Shown in pieces: positions 9,000 to 18,063 of a stretch of 33,754 bases of DNA. The stretch's first letter is position 1, and every line of letters begins with the position of its first letter. The DNA is taken from positions 1 to 33,754 of IMG/VR virus record IMGVR_UViG_3300022178_002680; one strand, given 5' to 3'. The position numbers and the translations under genes are program-made. The notes below the pieces were generated by a model that worked only from the letters and a program-made list of their open reading frames with translations, was not told where the DNA came from and did not search any database. The DNA comes from a virus (Duplodnaviria; Caudoviricetes).

Positions 9000-9176
9000 A
9001 TGGATGATTATAAACAACAAATGGTAAATTGGTCACCAGACGAACAGCTTCAGGAGGGCGAAAGCCTTCTCGTTGAGGTTCGCCCGGAGGCTTTGGGTCA
9101 GAAGATATGGGAGTTCGGTGAAAGCCACGACTCGCCCGAATCTAAAGAGTCTGAACGTAAACTAATAAGAGAGTAG
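9000..9176 (+). CDS. Small acidic protein (58 aa; ATG 9021 is an alternative start)
   Basis: Hand translation MDDYKQQMVNWSPDEQLQEGESLLVEVRPE...RKLIRE; fills gap after late promoter. Confidence 0.6.
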   Translation: MDDYKQQMVNWSPDEQLQEGESLLVEVRPEALGQKIWEFGESHDSPESKESERKLIRE

Positions 9177-9182
9177 AGAGTA

Positions 9183-9308
9183 ATGGCGGACGTAAAACGA
9201 ATACGAGTATTTGAACTTAGTGATGGATCTAGAGTTGGTCATCAGTTGTCAGAAGCAGAGGTTAAAACCTTTCTTGCAGCTAACGCTGGCTCGAAGTTGG
9301 TGAGATAG
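9183..9308 (+). CDS. Small protein (41 aa)
   Basis: MADVKRIRVFELSDGSRVGHQLSEAEVKTFLAANAGSKLVR; GAGAG RBS. Confidence 0.65.
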   Translation: MADVKRIRVFELSDGSRVGHQLSEAEVKTFLAANAGSKLVR

Positions 9309-9311
9309 GAC

Positions 9312-10112
9312 GTGCCCGTATTAAGCGTTGGAGTTGGCGTGGTTGAGGGAGCAATCTCTCAATCACATCTTGAAGACGATTTACTCGTATTTGATCCATA
9401 CTATGACGTAGATCCCGAGATCAGCGGTGATAGGCTTCCTCCGGTATATGCGAACTACATGGGCATAGATCCGGCGGACGGCGTTTATAAGCTGTTGGCG
9501 TATAATATCACACTCAACGTTACTATAAGTCCATTCGCACCAATTGGTATTTACGGTGGTGGTGAACCCGATGAGATCACAGTTGATGATAGTAACGGTA
9601 ACCCATTTACGAATGAAGTGTACTATTATGTAATTGATAGTATCACCACAGCAAATACTAACTATAATTACGAATTTGTATCCGGCGGAGCATATACTGG
9701 CATCCCAGCGGCGGGCAGTATCAGTAAGACTAGCTTTATTACTATAACTGAGTCGATTAGTCCATACACCACATCTACAGCCGCATGGTATTGCCTTATG
9801 AGTGATTTCACCTATGAGACGTTTTCTAGCGATACATTGGTGTATCTGGCGGCAGACCCAGCATACAAATCGATGATATCGTTGACGCTGGTTGAGCCAT
9901 TTAGCATACCGGATGGCGCTGACGTGACGCACAACTTCACTGTTACAGCAACACCGTATACATTCGATTTGGATTATCAGGACAACCCGTACGGTCCTCC
10001 CATAGCGGGTGATCCAGTGACACTAGTTCCGGCACCAAAGATTGGAACTCTTATGTACGAGACTGACTCGCTTGTCGATAAAGTCAAAAATCTAGCAGCA
10101 GCAGGAGACTAG
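9312..10112 (+). CDS. Probable virion structural protein (Thr/Tyr/Pro/Asp-rich)
   Basis: GTG start with AGGA RBS; beta-strand-like composition; late operon, abuts PAAR gene. Confidence 0.55.
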   Translation: MPVLSVGVGVVEGAISQSHLEDDLLVFDPYYDVDPEISGDRLPPVYANYMGIDPADGVYKLLAYNITLNVTISPFAPIGIYGGGEPDEITVDDSNGNPFTNEVYYYVIDSITTANTNYNYEFVSGGAYTGIPAAGSISKTSFITITESISPYTTSTAAWYCLMSDFTYETFSSDTLVYLAADPAYKSMISLTLVEPFSIPDGADVTHNFTVTATPYTFDLDYQDNPYGPPIAGDPVTLVPAPKIGTLMYETDSLVDKVKNLAAAGD

Positions 10113-10114
10113 CT

Positions 10115-10429
10115 ATGCCAGCAGCAGCACGAGTCGGCGATGCCGTACTAACCGGCCACCCAGGTTCAATCACAACGACCATCGCCAGCTCGCCAAATGT
10201 CAAAGTATTCGTCCAGGCATTACCAGCAGCCGTAGCAGGATCGATCCTAGGACCACACCTCGGCCCCGCCACCAGCCCCGGTGGATTTCTTCCCCATCTT
10301 CCACCACCAATAGTGGTTGGGGGATCAACTAAAGTATTATTGGGAGGATTTCCTGCGTTGAGGGTAGGCGATAGTGCAGATCTAGGCGTCATCATGGCTG
10401 GATCATTTAAAGTGCTAATTGGTGGATAA
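10115..10429 (+). CDS. PAAR spike-tip protein (T4 gp5.4-like)
   Basis: MPAAARVGD...GH, PAAVAG...H...H, PALRVGD repeats. Confidence 0.9.
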   Translation: MPAAARVGDAVLTGHPGSITTTIASSPNVKVFVQALPAAVAGSILGPHLGPATSPGGFLPHLPPPIVVGGSTKVLLGGFPALRVGDSADLGVIMAGSFKVLIGG

Positions 10430-10434
10430 AAAGG

Positions 10435-10463
10435 TTGACATCGTAACGCATCTATAGTATAAT
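10435..10463 (+). promoter_or_regulatory. Sigma70 promoter
   Basis: TTGACA-N17-TATAAT. Confidence 0.9.
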
Positions 10464-10487
10464 GGTTCTTCAATAAAGAGGAATATT

Positions 10488-11156
10488 ATGTTTACGCATG
10501 TCGATCACGGTTATGCCCTTAAAGAGTTATCAGCAGATACTTCAGAAAAGGGTCGATTCTATACTACGCCAACAGGCGCAATACTTCCTTCTGTCACCAC
10601 TGTCCTAAGTGTCCAAGATAAGTCTGGACTCGATGCTTGGCGAAAGCGGGTGGGAGACGAGGAGGCGAATAAGGTGATGCATCAGGCGTCACTTCGAGGT
10701 ACCGCTGTTCACCAACTGGCAGAGGACTATGTGAACAATGATCCAAACTGGAGCAAGGGTGCAATGCCCGCTAACGTGTTCACCTTCAATACAGTCAAAG
10801 CAGTATTAGATAAGCATATGGATAACATCTGGATGCAGGAAGCACCCCTGTATTCCGAGAGGTTGTCAGTAGCAGGTCGAGTTGACTGTATCGCAGAGTG
10901 GGATGGTGTGCTATCAATCATCGACTATAAGACATCTCGTCGACCAAAGAAGATTGAATATGTCCAAGGATACTTCATCCAGGAGTCAGTCTATGCTGCA
11001 TGTTTCTTCGAGCGCACTGGTGTTCCGATCAAACAGATCGTCACTGTCATAGCTGTTGATGATAACGAGCCACAGGTGTTCATCGAGCAGACTATGAACC
11101 ATCTACACAAGTTTGTGGCCCTACGAGAGAAATATAGAGAAAAGTTTGGAATATAG
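10488..11156 (+). CDS. PD-(D/E)XK exonuclease
   Basis: PSVTTVL, RGTAVH, E..LYS, AGRVDC...IIDYKTS, Q...YA. Confidence 0.9.
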   Translation: MFTHVDHGYALKELSADTSEKGRFYTTPTGAILPSVTTVLSVQDKSGLDAWRKRVGDEEANKVMHQASLRGTAVHQLAEDYVNNDPNWSKGAMPANVFTFNTVKAVLDKHMDNIWMQEAPLYSERLSVAGRVDCIAEWDGVLSIIDYKTSRRPKKIEYVQGYFIQESVYAACFFERTGVPIKQIVTVIAVDDNEPQVFIEQTMNHLHKFVALREKYREKFGI

Positions 11157-11167
11157 CATAAAAAGGG

Positions 11168-11195
11168 TTGACTCTGTTATCGTGTGTGGTATAAT
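11168..11195 (+). promoter_or_regulatory. Sigma70 promoter with extended -10
   Basis: TTGACT-N16-TATAAT preceded by TGTGG. Confidence 0.85.
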
Positions 11196-11228
11196 AGATA
11201 CTTAATTGATTGAGAGAGTGATTAGATT

Positions 11229-11537
11229 ATGGCATTTGCTTCTAACGAAACTTACTTCGACCAGAAAGCCACCATCCTCGGCAGCTTTCGTGAGAAAGAC
11301 TTTGATAACTACTTCGAATTCTCTGTAAATGACGACAACAATGCCGCCTTCGATGACTACCCACACAAGATATGGGTGTCTAATGAGGCTAATCCTCCGG
11401 GCGGAATGCGCCCTTATCGATACGGCACCGTTAAGAAGAGCGTTGCTTACCTCTGCGTAGACGAAGACGAGTTTGGTCTTCCAGTCCTCGAAAAGTGGAG
11501 CATCAAAGGATACAACAAATATGTGAACAAACGCTAA
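11229..11537 (+). CDS. Hypothetical protein
   Basis: ORF behind promoter with GAGAG-type RBS. Confidence 0.8.
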   Translation: MAFASNETYFDQKATILGSFREKDFDNYFEFSVNDDNNAAFDDYPHKIWVSNEANPPGGMRPYRYGTVKKSVAYLCVDEDEFGLPVLEKWSIKGYNKYVNKR

Positions 11538-11545
11538 AATAGTTG

Positions 11546-11573
11546 TTGACTCTGCCAGCTACTGTGTTATAAT
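11546..11573 (+). promoter_or_regulatory. Sigma70 promoter with extended -10
   Basis: TTGACT-N16-TATAAT with TG extension. Confidence 0.85.
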
Positions 11574-11604
11574 GTACATATACTAAGAAATGAGAGAGAT
11601 CACT

Positions 11605-11838
11605 ATGTTCAACCTTCCAGCTTCTATGATCAACCCAGCCTCTTTTGAAGAGTCTTGCGCCACCATGCTTCGATTCGGCAACGACGACTTGTTGTGGGGG
11701 ATGAAGCGATTAGATGCAATATTCGACGCTCATTGTACAAATCCTCTAGAAGATGATGACGATCTGTACTATAGCCGAAGCACCGAATTCAATGCTTACA
11801 ATGTTGTAAAAGAAAACATGTCTAAACTCTTCGTATAA
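11605..11838 (+). CDS. Hypothetical protein
   Basis: GAGAGAG RBS before ATG 11605. Confidence 0.75.
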   Translation: MFNLPASMINPASFEESCATMLRFGNDDLLWGMKRLDAIFDAHCTNPLEDDDDLYYSRSTEFNAYNVVKENMSKLFV

Positions 11839-11849
11839 GGAACTACACT

Positions 11850-12047
11850 ATGTGGACAGCAAAACCAAATTTAGTCAATAGTAAGAACCAGAAGACCTTT
11901 CCAACCATTGAAGAGGCGGTGACGTACCTCGAGGACTTCACGGGAATCGAGATGGCGTTCCATCGTAATAGAAGTACTAAAGAAGTCACGTACGACTGGC
12001 AGATCATCGGAAAGCTGTTCGAGACTCGGGAGAAACCACTTGCATAG
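11850..12047 (+). CDS. Hypothetical protein
   Basis: AAGGA RBS. Confidence 0.75.
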   Translation: MWTAKPNLVNSKNQKTFPTIEEAVTYLEDFTGIEMAFHRNRSTKEVTYDWQIIGKLFETREKPLA

Positions 12048-12264
12048 TTTAACTGAGCTGAAGCAGCATATCGAGAGTCACCATAAGACATCGCCTACTG
12101 AATTCTCTGGAGCGAAGCTTGTGTACGCCAATGTGACATTCTCGCTGCTATCCAGTCCTCACGGCGATACGTGGACAGCCGTCCGTAAAGACTCTATCTC
12201 GAAGTACGATACGAGTGAGTTAAAGTCACGAATTGGCGAACTGCTACTGAAGGGCCGACGATAG
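12040..12264 (+). CDS. Hypothetical protein
   Basis: TTG start, GGGAG RBS, overlap with upstream gene. Confidence 0.6.
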   Translation: MHSLTELKQHIESHHKTSPTEFSGAKLVYANVTFSLLSSPHGDTWTAVRKDSISKYDTSELKSRIGELLLKGRR

Positions 12265-12274
12265 GAGAAGTGTG

Positions 12275-12430
12275 ATGACTACAGATGAGCAGACGCTATG
12301 GAACGAATATAATGCCATACTTGCAGGAGTCTATCCTGGTGACGAGAGTGTTGCTATGGCCAAGATAATTGATGCAGGACTCGAGAATTACGAGAGTTTC
12401 GAGTGTGACGAGGCTTCTGGAGGAGATTGA
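12275..12430 (+). CDS. Small acidic protein (51 aa, absent from ORF track)
   Basis: AGGAG RBS; MTTDEQTLWNEYNAILAGVYPGDESVAMAKIIDAGLENYESFECDEASGGD. Confidence 0.7.
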   Translation: MTTDEQTLWNEYNAILAGVYPGDESVAMAKIIDAGLENYESFECDEASGGD

Positions 12431-12434
12431 CTAT

Positions 12435-12632
12435 ATGCTAATAAACAGTATGATATGTTCACCCGTTATTGCATATTCTATGGCGCTGCTTTGGGCAGTA
12501 ACGTTCGGAGTCGATCTAGAGTACTTTGGCGGCGAAAATGATGTTTTGGATGAATGGTTAATTTGCATTACAGCGTTTGTTATATCGATGGCAGCACTAG
12601 AGCGACGAAATATCAATAAAAAAGTTGATTAG
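12435..12632 (+). CDS. Small two-TM membrane protein
   Basis: GGAGGAG RBS; two hydrophobic segments. Confidence 0.65.
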   Translation: MLINSMICSPVIAYSMALLWAVTFGVDLEYFGGENDVLDEWLICITAFVISMAALERRNINKKVD

Positions 12633-12635
12633 TTG

Positions 12636-12663
12636 TTGACATCGTGGTTAGTTGTGTTATAAT
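12636..12663 (+). promoter_or_regulatory. Sigma70 promoter with extended -10
   Basis: TTGACA-N16-TATAAT with TG extension. Confidence 0.85.
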
Positions 12664-12720
12664 GTACGTATAGATTGAATTGAGAGACGCTTGTCTCATA
12701 ACCAAAGAGTGAGAACTATT

Positions 12721-12978
12721 ATGACTATGAATCCAAAATTCAAACCAGCCTTTGATAAACTCCTGAAGATGGGCGTTCCAGTGTTTTCCGGCGGAGATGA
12801 CGGCGAAAACACATTCCGCATCAGCGGCGAAGATAACGTGCTCGACGTGTGGGCAGACTACTACGACTCCAACTACGGCGAGTTTGGCGTGAAGCAGGAG
12901 ATCTGCGATGTACTCAGCAAGAATGGCTTGATGGCGGAGTGGATCAATCCTGGTATCCTCGGCGTCTATCTTGACTAG
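12721..12978 (+). CDS. Hypothetical protein
   Basis: ORF behind promoter; WADYY...EWINPG. Confidence 0.75.
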   Translation: MTMNPKFKPAFDKLLKMGVPVFSGGDDGENTFRISGEDNVLDVWADYYDSNYGEFGVKQEICDVLSKNGLMAEWINPGILGVYLD

Positions 12979-12989
12979 TGGAGGTTAAG

Positions 12990-13253
12990 ATGGACGATTA
13001 CATAGAGAGTGCCGACGAGCTTGCCAGATTCTTTTATTCGATCGCAGAGGCGGAATCCCACGGAGAGGATATGCGGATAGTTGTATATCGATACACCGCT
13101 GGGACCAATGTGTCTGGAGTAGTCAAACGAGAGTTCATACTATCCGAGAGATATAAAGGACTACTCAATTTGAATGGAAGGACGGATCGCATCAAGTTCG
13201 TCGAGTTGTCGCCCGGATTATTTCGAGCTAGCGTGACTAGAGGTACCAAATGA
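12990..13253 (+). CDS. Hypothetical protein
   Basis: GGAGG RBS before ATG 12990. Confidence 0.7.
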   Translation: MDDYIESADELARFFYSIAEAESHGEDMRIVVYRYTAGTNVSGVVKREFILSERYKGLLNLNGRTDRIKFVELSPGLFRASVTRGTK

Positions 13254-13813
13254 ACGTATTTGTATTAGACAAAAGCCCCGTACTTGCCGCACAGAATCAA
13301 TGTGATAAGCACGTGGTCAAAATGATCGTTGAGTCTGGACAGATGTTATCAACGGCGCATAGAATGCTTGACGGTGCAGCAGAGCGGCGGCCTTCGAAGT
13401 CTGGCAAGAGGATGATACCATATTGGTCACTCCCTGGGGTCCTCGAGAATGTGTTATACAAGGCCGTTCATATGAATCACCCATGTACAGTGTGGACTAT
13501 GAAAAGCAGCGAGAACTATATCTGGCACTGGAAACACCTGGAAGCTCTATGTAAAGAGTACACCTATCGATATGGTAAAGTACATAAGACCGAGAAAGAC
13601 CTACTCGAACCGTTACGTGCTGTGCCTCTGTGCATTCCCCTGGGGACCTTAAGTGATTGGCCACTCGCAATGGGTGCTGCTCCTGAGTGTATCAACCCAG
13701 GTGACGTTGTTGGTTCGTATCGAAAGTTCTATCATACTAAGCAATCTAGATTCAAAATGGCTTGGACGACCAGAGCTGTACCAGATTGGTTCAGTTTCGC
13801 AGATCCCGCCTAA
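13250..13813 (+). CDS. Pyrimidine-dimer DNA glycosylase family protein (denV-like)
   Basis: MNVFVLD..P..AA...CDKHVVKMIVESGQMLST, HMNHPCTVW, EYTYRYGKVH, YRKFY. Confidence 0.8.
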   Translation: MNVFVLDKSPVLAAQNQCDKHVVKMIVESGQMLSTAHRMLDGAAERRPSKSGKRMIPYWSLPGVLENVLYKAVHMNHPCTVWTMKSSENYIWHWKHLEALCKEYTYRYGKVHKTEKDLLEPLRAVPLCIPLGTLSDWPLAMGAAPECINPGDVVGSYRKFYHTKQSRFKMAWTTRAVPDWFSFADPA

Positions 13814-13952
13814 ATACTTCCGTAATCCCATTAACAAATCATTACACAATACCGGTGTACACACTACACTAGGTGGTGTATAATACACTCATATTCAGAA
13901 ATATCCTACATCACTGACTACCAAAAAAGATTGATCGTCATGCAAATAAAGG

Positions 13953-13980
13953 TTGATCTTTAGTTTAAACCTGGTATAAT
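13953..13980 (+). promoter_or_regulatory. Sigma70 promoter with extended -10
   Basis: TTGATC-N16-TATAAT preceded by TGG. Confidence 0.75.
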
Positions 13981-14005
13981 GTGTTTCTACTTGAGGAAAA
14001 ATGAT

Positions 14006-16210
14006 ATGTTATCGAGAAAATCAGTTCTAGCCCGCTTGCTCGCCAATGAGAACATCACTGTTCAGCAAGGCAATTTCCCAACAGCTTACTTTGATGTTGA
14101 GAATCGAGTGCTCGGCCTTCCACTCTGGAAGGAGATGAGTGCAGACCTGTACGACCTTATGGTCGGCCACGAAGTCGGCCACGCACTATACACTCCTAAC
14201 GCCGATGTGTTGACTGAAGCAAGTAAGTTAGTTCCTTTCTCTTACATAAACGTAGTCGAAGACATCCGAATCGAAAAGGCTGTTCTGGCTCGGTATCCTG
14301 GTCTAGTATCCAACTTCAAACGTGGTTATGTAGAGCTGGTCGAGATGGACCTCTTCGGAACGAAAGACCGAGACATTAATAAGATGGGGTTCATGGATAG
14401 ACTCAACCTCAAGGCCAAAGGTCGTGACCTGGTTGAGGTGGAGTTCTCTGAAGAGGAGTTACCATACTTCAACAAAGCGATGTCGGTTGAGACTTTCGAT
14501 GAAGTGCAGCAAGTCTGTATAGAGATCGCCAAATGGCTCAGCGAAAAGAAAGATGAGAATCAGGATCAAGATGATAACGCCGAAGACGAGTCGTCTGAAT
14601 CGGAACAGTCCAATGAAATGGGCGACCCGAGCGACGAGTCTGACGAAGGAGATTCCGATGCCGATGATAGTGGTGAGACTACCGACGACGAAGATGGTGG
14701 TGAGAATAAGGATGACTCTGCAAAAGGTACTGGTGAAGTTATACCAGAGGACAATGACGGTGAAGCGTCCGAACAGTCTAGTCCCAGCCAGGGATCTGAT
14801 AGCTCTGACGATATAGATCTAGACTCTTTACCTGAGATTGAGACCGAGAACGCCCAACAGAAGAATATGGAAAAACTGAGTGATTTGGACAATAAACTGT
14901 TTGTTCAAGGAATGACTCGATCTGACTACGAAGGAGTTAAGGTTGGCTACAAGGAAGTCATCGAGGGTCGTTTAGCTGTCGCAGCTGCGTGCGGCAAGAT
15001 GTACGGTTGCCTCACTAAAGACCAGGAAGCACGGAAGGAAGCTCTTCCGAAGTTTCTAGCAGAGACTAAGCAGGTCGTGAACCTGATGGCCAAAGAGTTT
15101 GATATGCGCAAGGCAGCATACCGAAGCCAACGTGCTCGAACGTCAACCAAGGGTTCGATTGATGTTAACAAGCTACACGCTTACAAGTATGACGATAACA
15201 TGTTTAAGCAAGTGACAATGCTTGCAGACGGAAAGAGTCACGGCATGATCATGCTGGTTGACTACTCTGGGTCGATGCACAAGAGCCTTGAGATGGTGAT
15301 TCGCCAAACAATCGCACTGGTGATGTTCTGCAAGCGGGTTCAGATACCATTCGAGGTATACTCGTTCGGTAGCCACAATGCGAATTTCATCCAAGAAAGC
15401 TCGACACGACTCACACACTTCAACTTCACCAACCTTCGCCTGTCTCAGGTGTTTAGCAGCGATATGAGCAAGGCGGAACTGAACACCGCAATAGAGTCGA
15501 TGTTCTGCTTAACGTTATCGAATTGCGCATCGCCGTCATACATTGGAAGTTGTGAACTAGCCAACATGGAGCGACTCGGTACTACCCCACTGAATGCTGC
15601 ACTGCTCGCAATGGAGTTTGCCATTAAAGACTTCACCCGAAAGAACCCGGTTCAGAAAATGAACCTGATAACACTCACTGATGGCGACAGTGATCACCCA
15701 GGTGTTGTTAGAGGCACCGATATGCGCCAAGATGCGTTTGGTGTGTCCCGATGGAATCGAGTCATGGAAATTAACGGCAAACGTATCGAGCTTAACATGT
15801 CAGACAAGTATAGGGAAAACCATAACAACACCGCATTGATATTAAAAGCTATTGCGGGCAAAGACGTAACCACAGCAAACTTCTACATAACTAACCGTGG
15901 TGGATTTCACGATAGCGTTAGCCGCACGTTCCCGTACATAGAAGGCAACGGGGTTGATCGAGCCAAGTCATTCGGTACGGCCAAGGCTCAGATGAAAGCG
16001 CACGGTACGTGGATAGTCGATGATGTTGATGGGTACGACCGACGATTCGTCGTCTTGGATAACACCGCCTCGATGAGCGCTGAAAATGATACATTTAGTG
16101 TCGATCAGGAAGCTACTGCTGCACAGATTGCCAAAGCATTTAAGAAGTATAGTGGCTCGAAGAAGGGTAATCGACTACTCACCCAAAGATTTGCCGAATT
16201 ATTGGCATAA
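14006..16210 (+). CDS. Metallopeptidase-like + acidic linker + vWA protein (CobT-like partner of MoxR AAA)
   Basis: HEVGH (HExxH), NVVEDIRIE, long D/E/S linker, MIDAS DYSGS, TPL, LTDG; GAGG RBS before ATG 14006. Confidence 0.85.
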   Translation: MLSRKSVLARLLANENITVQQGNFPTAYFDVENRVLGLPLWKEMSADLYDLMVGHEVGHALYTPNADVLTEASKLVPFSYINVVEDIRIEKAVLARYPGLVSNFKRGYVELVEMDLFGTKDRDINKMGFMDRLNLKAKGRDLVEVEFSEEELPYFNKAMSVETFDEVQQVCIEIAKWLSEKKDENQDQDDNAEDESSESEQSNEMGDPSDESDEGDSDADDSGETTDDEDGGENKDDSAKGTGEVIPEDNDGEASEQSSPSQGSDSSDDIDLDSLPEIETENAQQKNMEKLSDLDNKLFVQGMTRSDYEGVKVGYKEVIEGRLAVAAACGKMYGCLTKDQEARKEALPKFLAETKQVVNLMAKEFDMRKAAYRSQRARTSTKGSIDVNKLHAYKYDDNMFKQVTMLADGKSHGMIMLVDYSGSMHKSLEMVIRQTIALVMFCKRVQIPFEVYSFGSHNANFIQESSTRLTHFNFTNLRLSQVFSSDMSKAELNTAIESMFCLTLSNCASPSYIGSCELANMERLGTTPLNAALLAMEFAIKDFTRKNPVQKMNLITLTDGDSDHPGVVRGTDMRQDAFGVSRWNRVMEINGKRIELNMSDKYRENHNNTALILKAIAGKDVTTANFYITNRGGFHDSVSRTFPYIEGNGVDRAKSFGTAKAQMKAHGTWIVDDVDGYDRRFVVLDNTASMSAENDTFSVDQEATAAQIAKAFKKYSGSKKGNRLLTQRFAELLA

Positions 16211-16224
16211 TGTGAAAATAGGGG

Positions 16225-16253
16225 TTGACATCTGCCCCGAATCATGAGATAAT
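16225..16253 (+). promoter_or_regulatory. Sigma70 promoter
   Basis: TTGACA-N17-GATAAT with TG extension. Confidence 0.75.
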
Positions 16254-16302
16254 ACTTTAGTAAACTGAGAAAAAGCCCTGAAGTCTTGGAGACTTATATA
16301 TT

Positions 16303-17499
16303 ATGATTAAATTATCCGATTACCAAAACAGCATCCTCGCAGCGTTCGCCACTGCAAACCCAACCGCAGCAACATTCAAACGACAAGATATGTTCACCTT
16401 CTGCGAGGAGCAGGGCTTCACCAACGCATCTGCTTACGCCATGATGAAGAAACTCCCACGACCAGTCGATACCCGAGGGGTATACCAGATGATCGCATCT
16501 AATAACGTCGTAGCAATCAAGCCAGTTGCCGCAAAGGCACCAAAGGCGATGGCTGCCGCCCCAGGGGCTGCGCCTGTGTCACTCAAGATCCAGTCAACCT
16601 CGTCAGAGGAAGTCTACATCCCAGCGACTGACCCTACGTTCGTCAAGTGGGGATACTTTGCGGATGTATCTAAGATCATCAAGTCTAACATGTTCTTCCC
16701 AATGTACGTCTCTGGTCTATCTGGCAACGGCAAGACCATGATGATCGAGCAAGCATGTGCAGCAGCCAAGCGTGAGTATGTACGAATCCAGATCACTCCT
16801 GAGACTGACGAAGACGACCTGATTGGCGGATTTCGACTGTTGAACGGTGAGACCGTGTTCGCCAAAGGCCCTGTCATCAAGGCTATGGAAGCTGGGGCGA
16901 TACTGCTGATCGACGAGATCGACCGTGGTTCAACTAAGCTGATGTGTCTCCAGGGCGTGTTAGAGGGCAAGCCAGTGCTCATCAAAAAGACTGGTGAGGT
17001 GGTTCAGCCAGCTGAAGGCTTCAACGTCATAGCAACGGCCAACACAAAGGGCCAGGGAGACGACAACGGTCGGTTCATATCTGCAACCATCATCGACGAA
17101 GCCTTCCTTGAGCGCTTCACGATCACTCTAGAGCAACCTTATCCAACAGCTGCTACTGAGCGTAGAATCATTAAAGGACACATGAACAAGTTCGGAGTCG
17201 ACGAGTCTGATTACGAAGGATTCACCGAAAAGCTCATACAATGGGGTCAGGCGATTCGAAAGACTTTTGAAGATGGTGGTGTCGACGAGCTTATCTCGAC
17301 CCGCCGATTATGCCACATTGTACAGACACTATCGATCTTCAAGGATCGAGCCAAGGCCATCGAGCTATGTGTCAATCGATTTGACTCTGACACACGTGAG
17401 GCGTTCATGGATCTCTACAGCAAAATTGATATCGACGCTGCTGCAAGTGATGACATGGATGCCGACATAAATACCAATATAGACGATGCCCCATTCTAA
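16303..17499 (+). CDS. cobS: MoxR-type AAA+ ATPase (phage CobS-like)
   Basis: GLSGNGKT, ETDEDDLIGGF, LLIDEID, ATANTKG, DEAFLERF, ISTRRL. Confidence 0.9.
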   Translation: MIKLSDYQNSILAAFATANPTAATFKRQDMFTFCEEQGFTNASAYAMMKKLPRPVDTRGVYQMIASNNVVAIKPVAAKAPKAMAAAPGAAPVSLKIQSTSSEEVYIPATDPTFVKWGYFADVSKIIKSNMFFPMYVSGLSGNGKTMMIEQACAAAKREYVRIQITPETDEDDLIGGFRLLNGETVFAKGPVIKAMEAGAILLIDEIDRGSTKLMCLQGVLEGKPVLIKKTGEVVQPAEGFNVIATANTKGQGDDNGRFISATIIDEAFLERFTITLEQPYPTAATERRIIKGHMNKFGVDESDYEGFTEKLIQWGQAIRKTFEDGGVDELISTRRLCHIVQTLSIFKDRAKAIELCVNRFDSDTREAFMDLYSKIDIDAAASDDMDADINTNIDDAPF

Positions 17500-17503
17500 T
17501 CAA

Positions 17504-17517
17504 GGGACTTCGGTCCC
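17504..17517 (+). other. cUUCGg tetraloop hairpin
   Basis: GGGAC-TTCG-GTCCC just after cobS stop; no U tract. Confidence 0.7.
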
Positions 17518-17539
17518 ACCCAGAACTTAAGGAGAAGGC

Positions 17540-17983
17540 ATGACTATATTAGAGGGCATATTACTGACAGCACTTGCTACATTTGGCATATTCGGTGCGG
17601 TAGAGGCCGAGTACGCTATCGTAGCCACAATTGCAGTATATTCGACTATATTCTACTATCTAGTGTTTACCGTACTGATAGGCATAAATGATATCGTAAT
17701 CGACTCAGGTTCATCACTGACCCGCATATGGCAAATACGACTAACGCTGCTTATCGGATACTTATTAATGTACATGCAAGGATATACCGAAGTATTCTAT
17801 TACGCACTGCCTTTCGTGTTGATAAGTTGTGCAGGTGATATAGTATCATCTCTAGTACTAACTGGATATATTGGCTGGGTTGAGTACGATGAGGATGGCG
17901 AACCGCTCATCGACGAGGAAGATGGGCCTGACGACGAAGACGAGGAAGATGTGCCTGACGACGAAGACGAGAGAGATAAGTAG
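17540..17983 (+). CDS. Multi-pass membrane protein with acidic tail
   Basis: AAGGAG RBS; about four hydrophobic segments. Confidence 0.8.
   Translation: MTILEGILLTALATFGIFGAVEAEYAIVATIAVYSTIFYYLVFTVLIGINDIVIDSGSSLTRIWQIRLTLLIGYLLMYMQGYTEVFYYALPFVLISCAGDIVSSLVLTGYIGWVEYDEDGEPLIDEEDGPDDEDEEDVPDDEDERDK
17912..17965 (+). repeat. 27-nt tandem duplication encoding DEEDxPDDE twice
   Basis: GACGAGGAAGATG(G/T)GCCTGACGACGAA x2. Confidence 0.85.
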
Positions 17984-18003
17984 TATGCTTCCCCCCACCA
18001 TAC

Positions 18004-18026
18004 GGACGCTTCAAGCGTCCTTTTTT
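18004..18026 (+). terminator. Intrinsic terminator
   Basis: GGACGCT-TCA-AGCGTCC followed by T6. Confidence 0.85.
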
Positions 18027-18033
18027 ATAAATA
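18026..18033 (+). promoter_or_regulatory. T4 late promoter
   Basis: TATAAATA sharing the last T of the terminator tract. Confidence 0.8.
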
Positions 18034-18063
18034 CTGATACACAATAAGTACTGAGCATGGAAG

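Noticed and set aside
10488-11156. Cas4 call for the nuclease
   Set aside because: Lacks the four-Cys Fe-S arrangement; ordinary phage PD-(D/E)XK exonuclease
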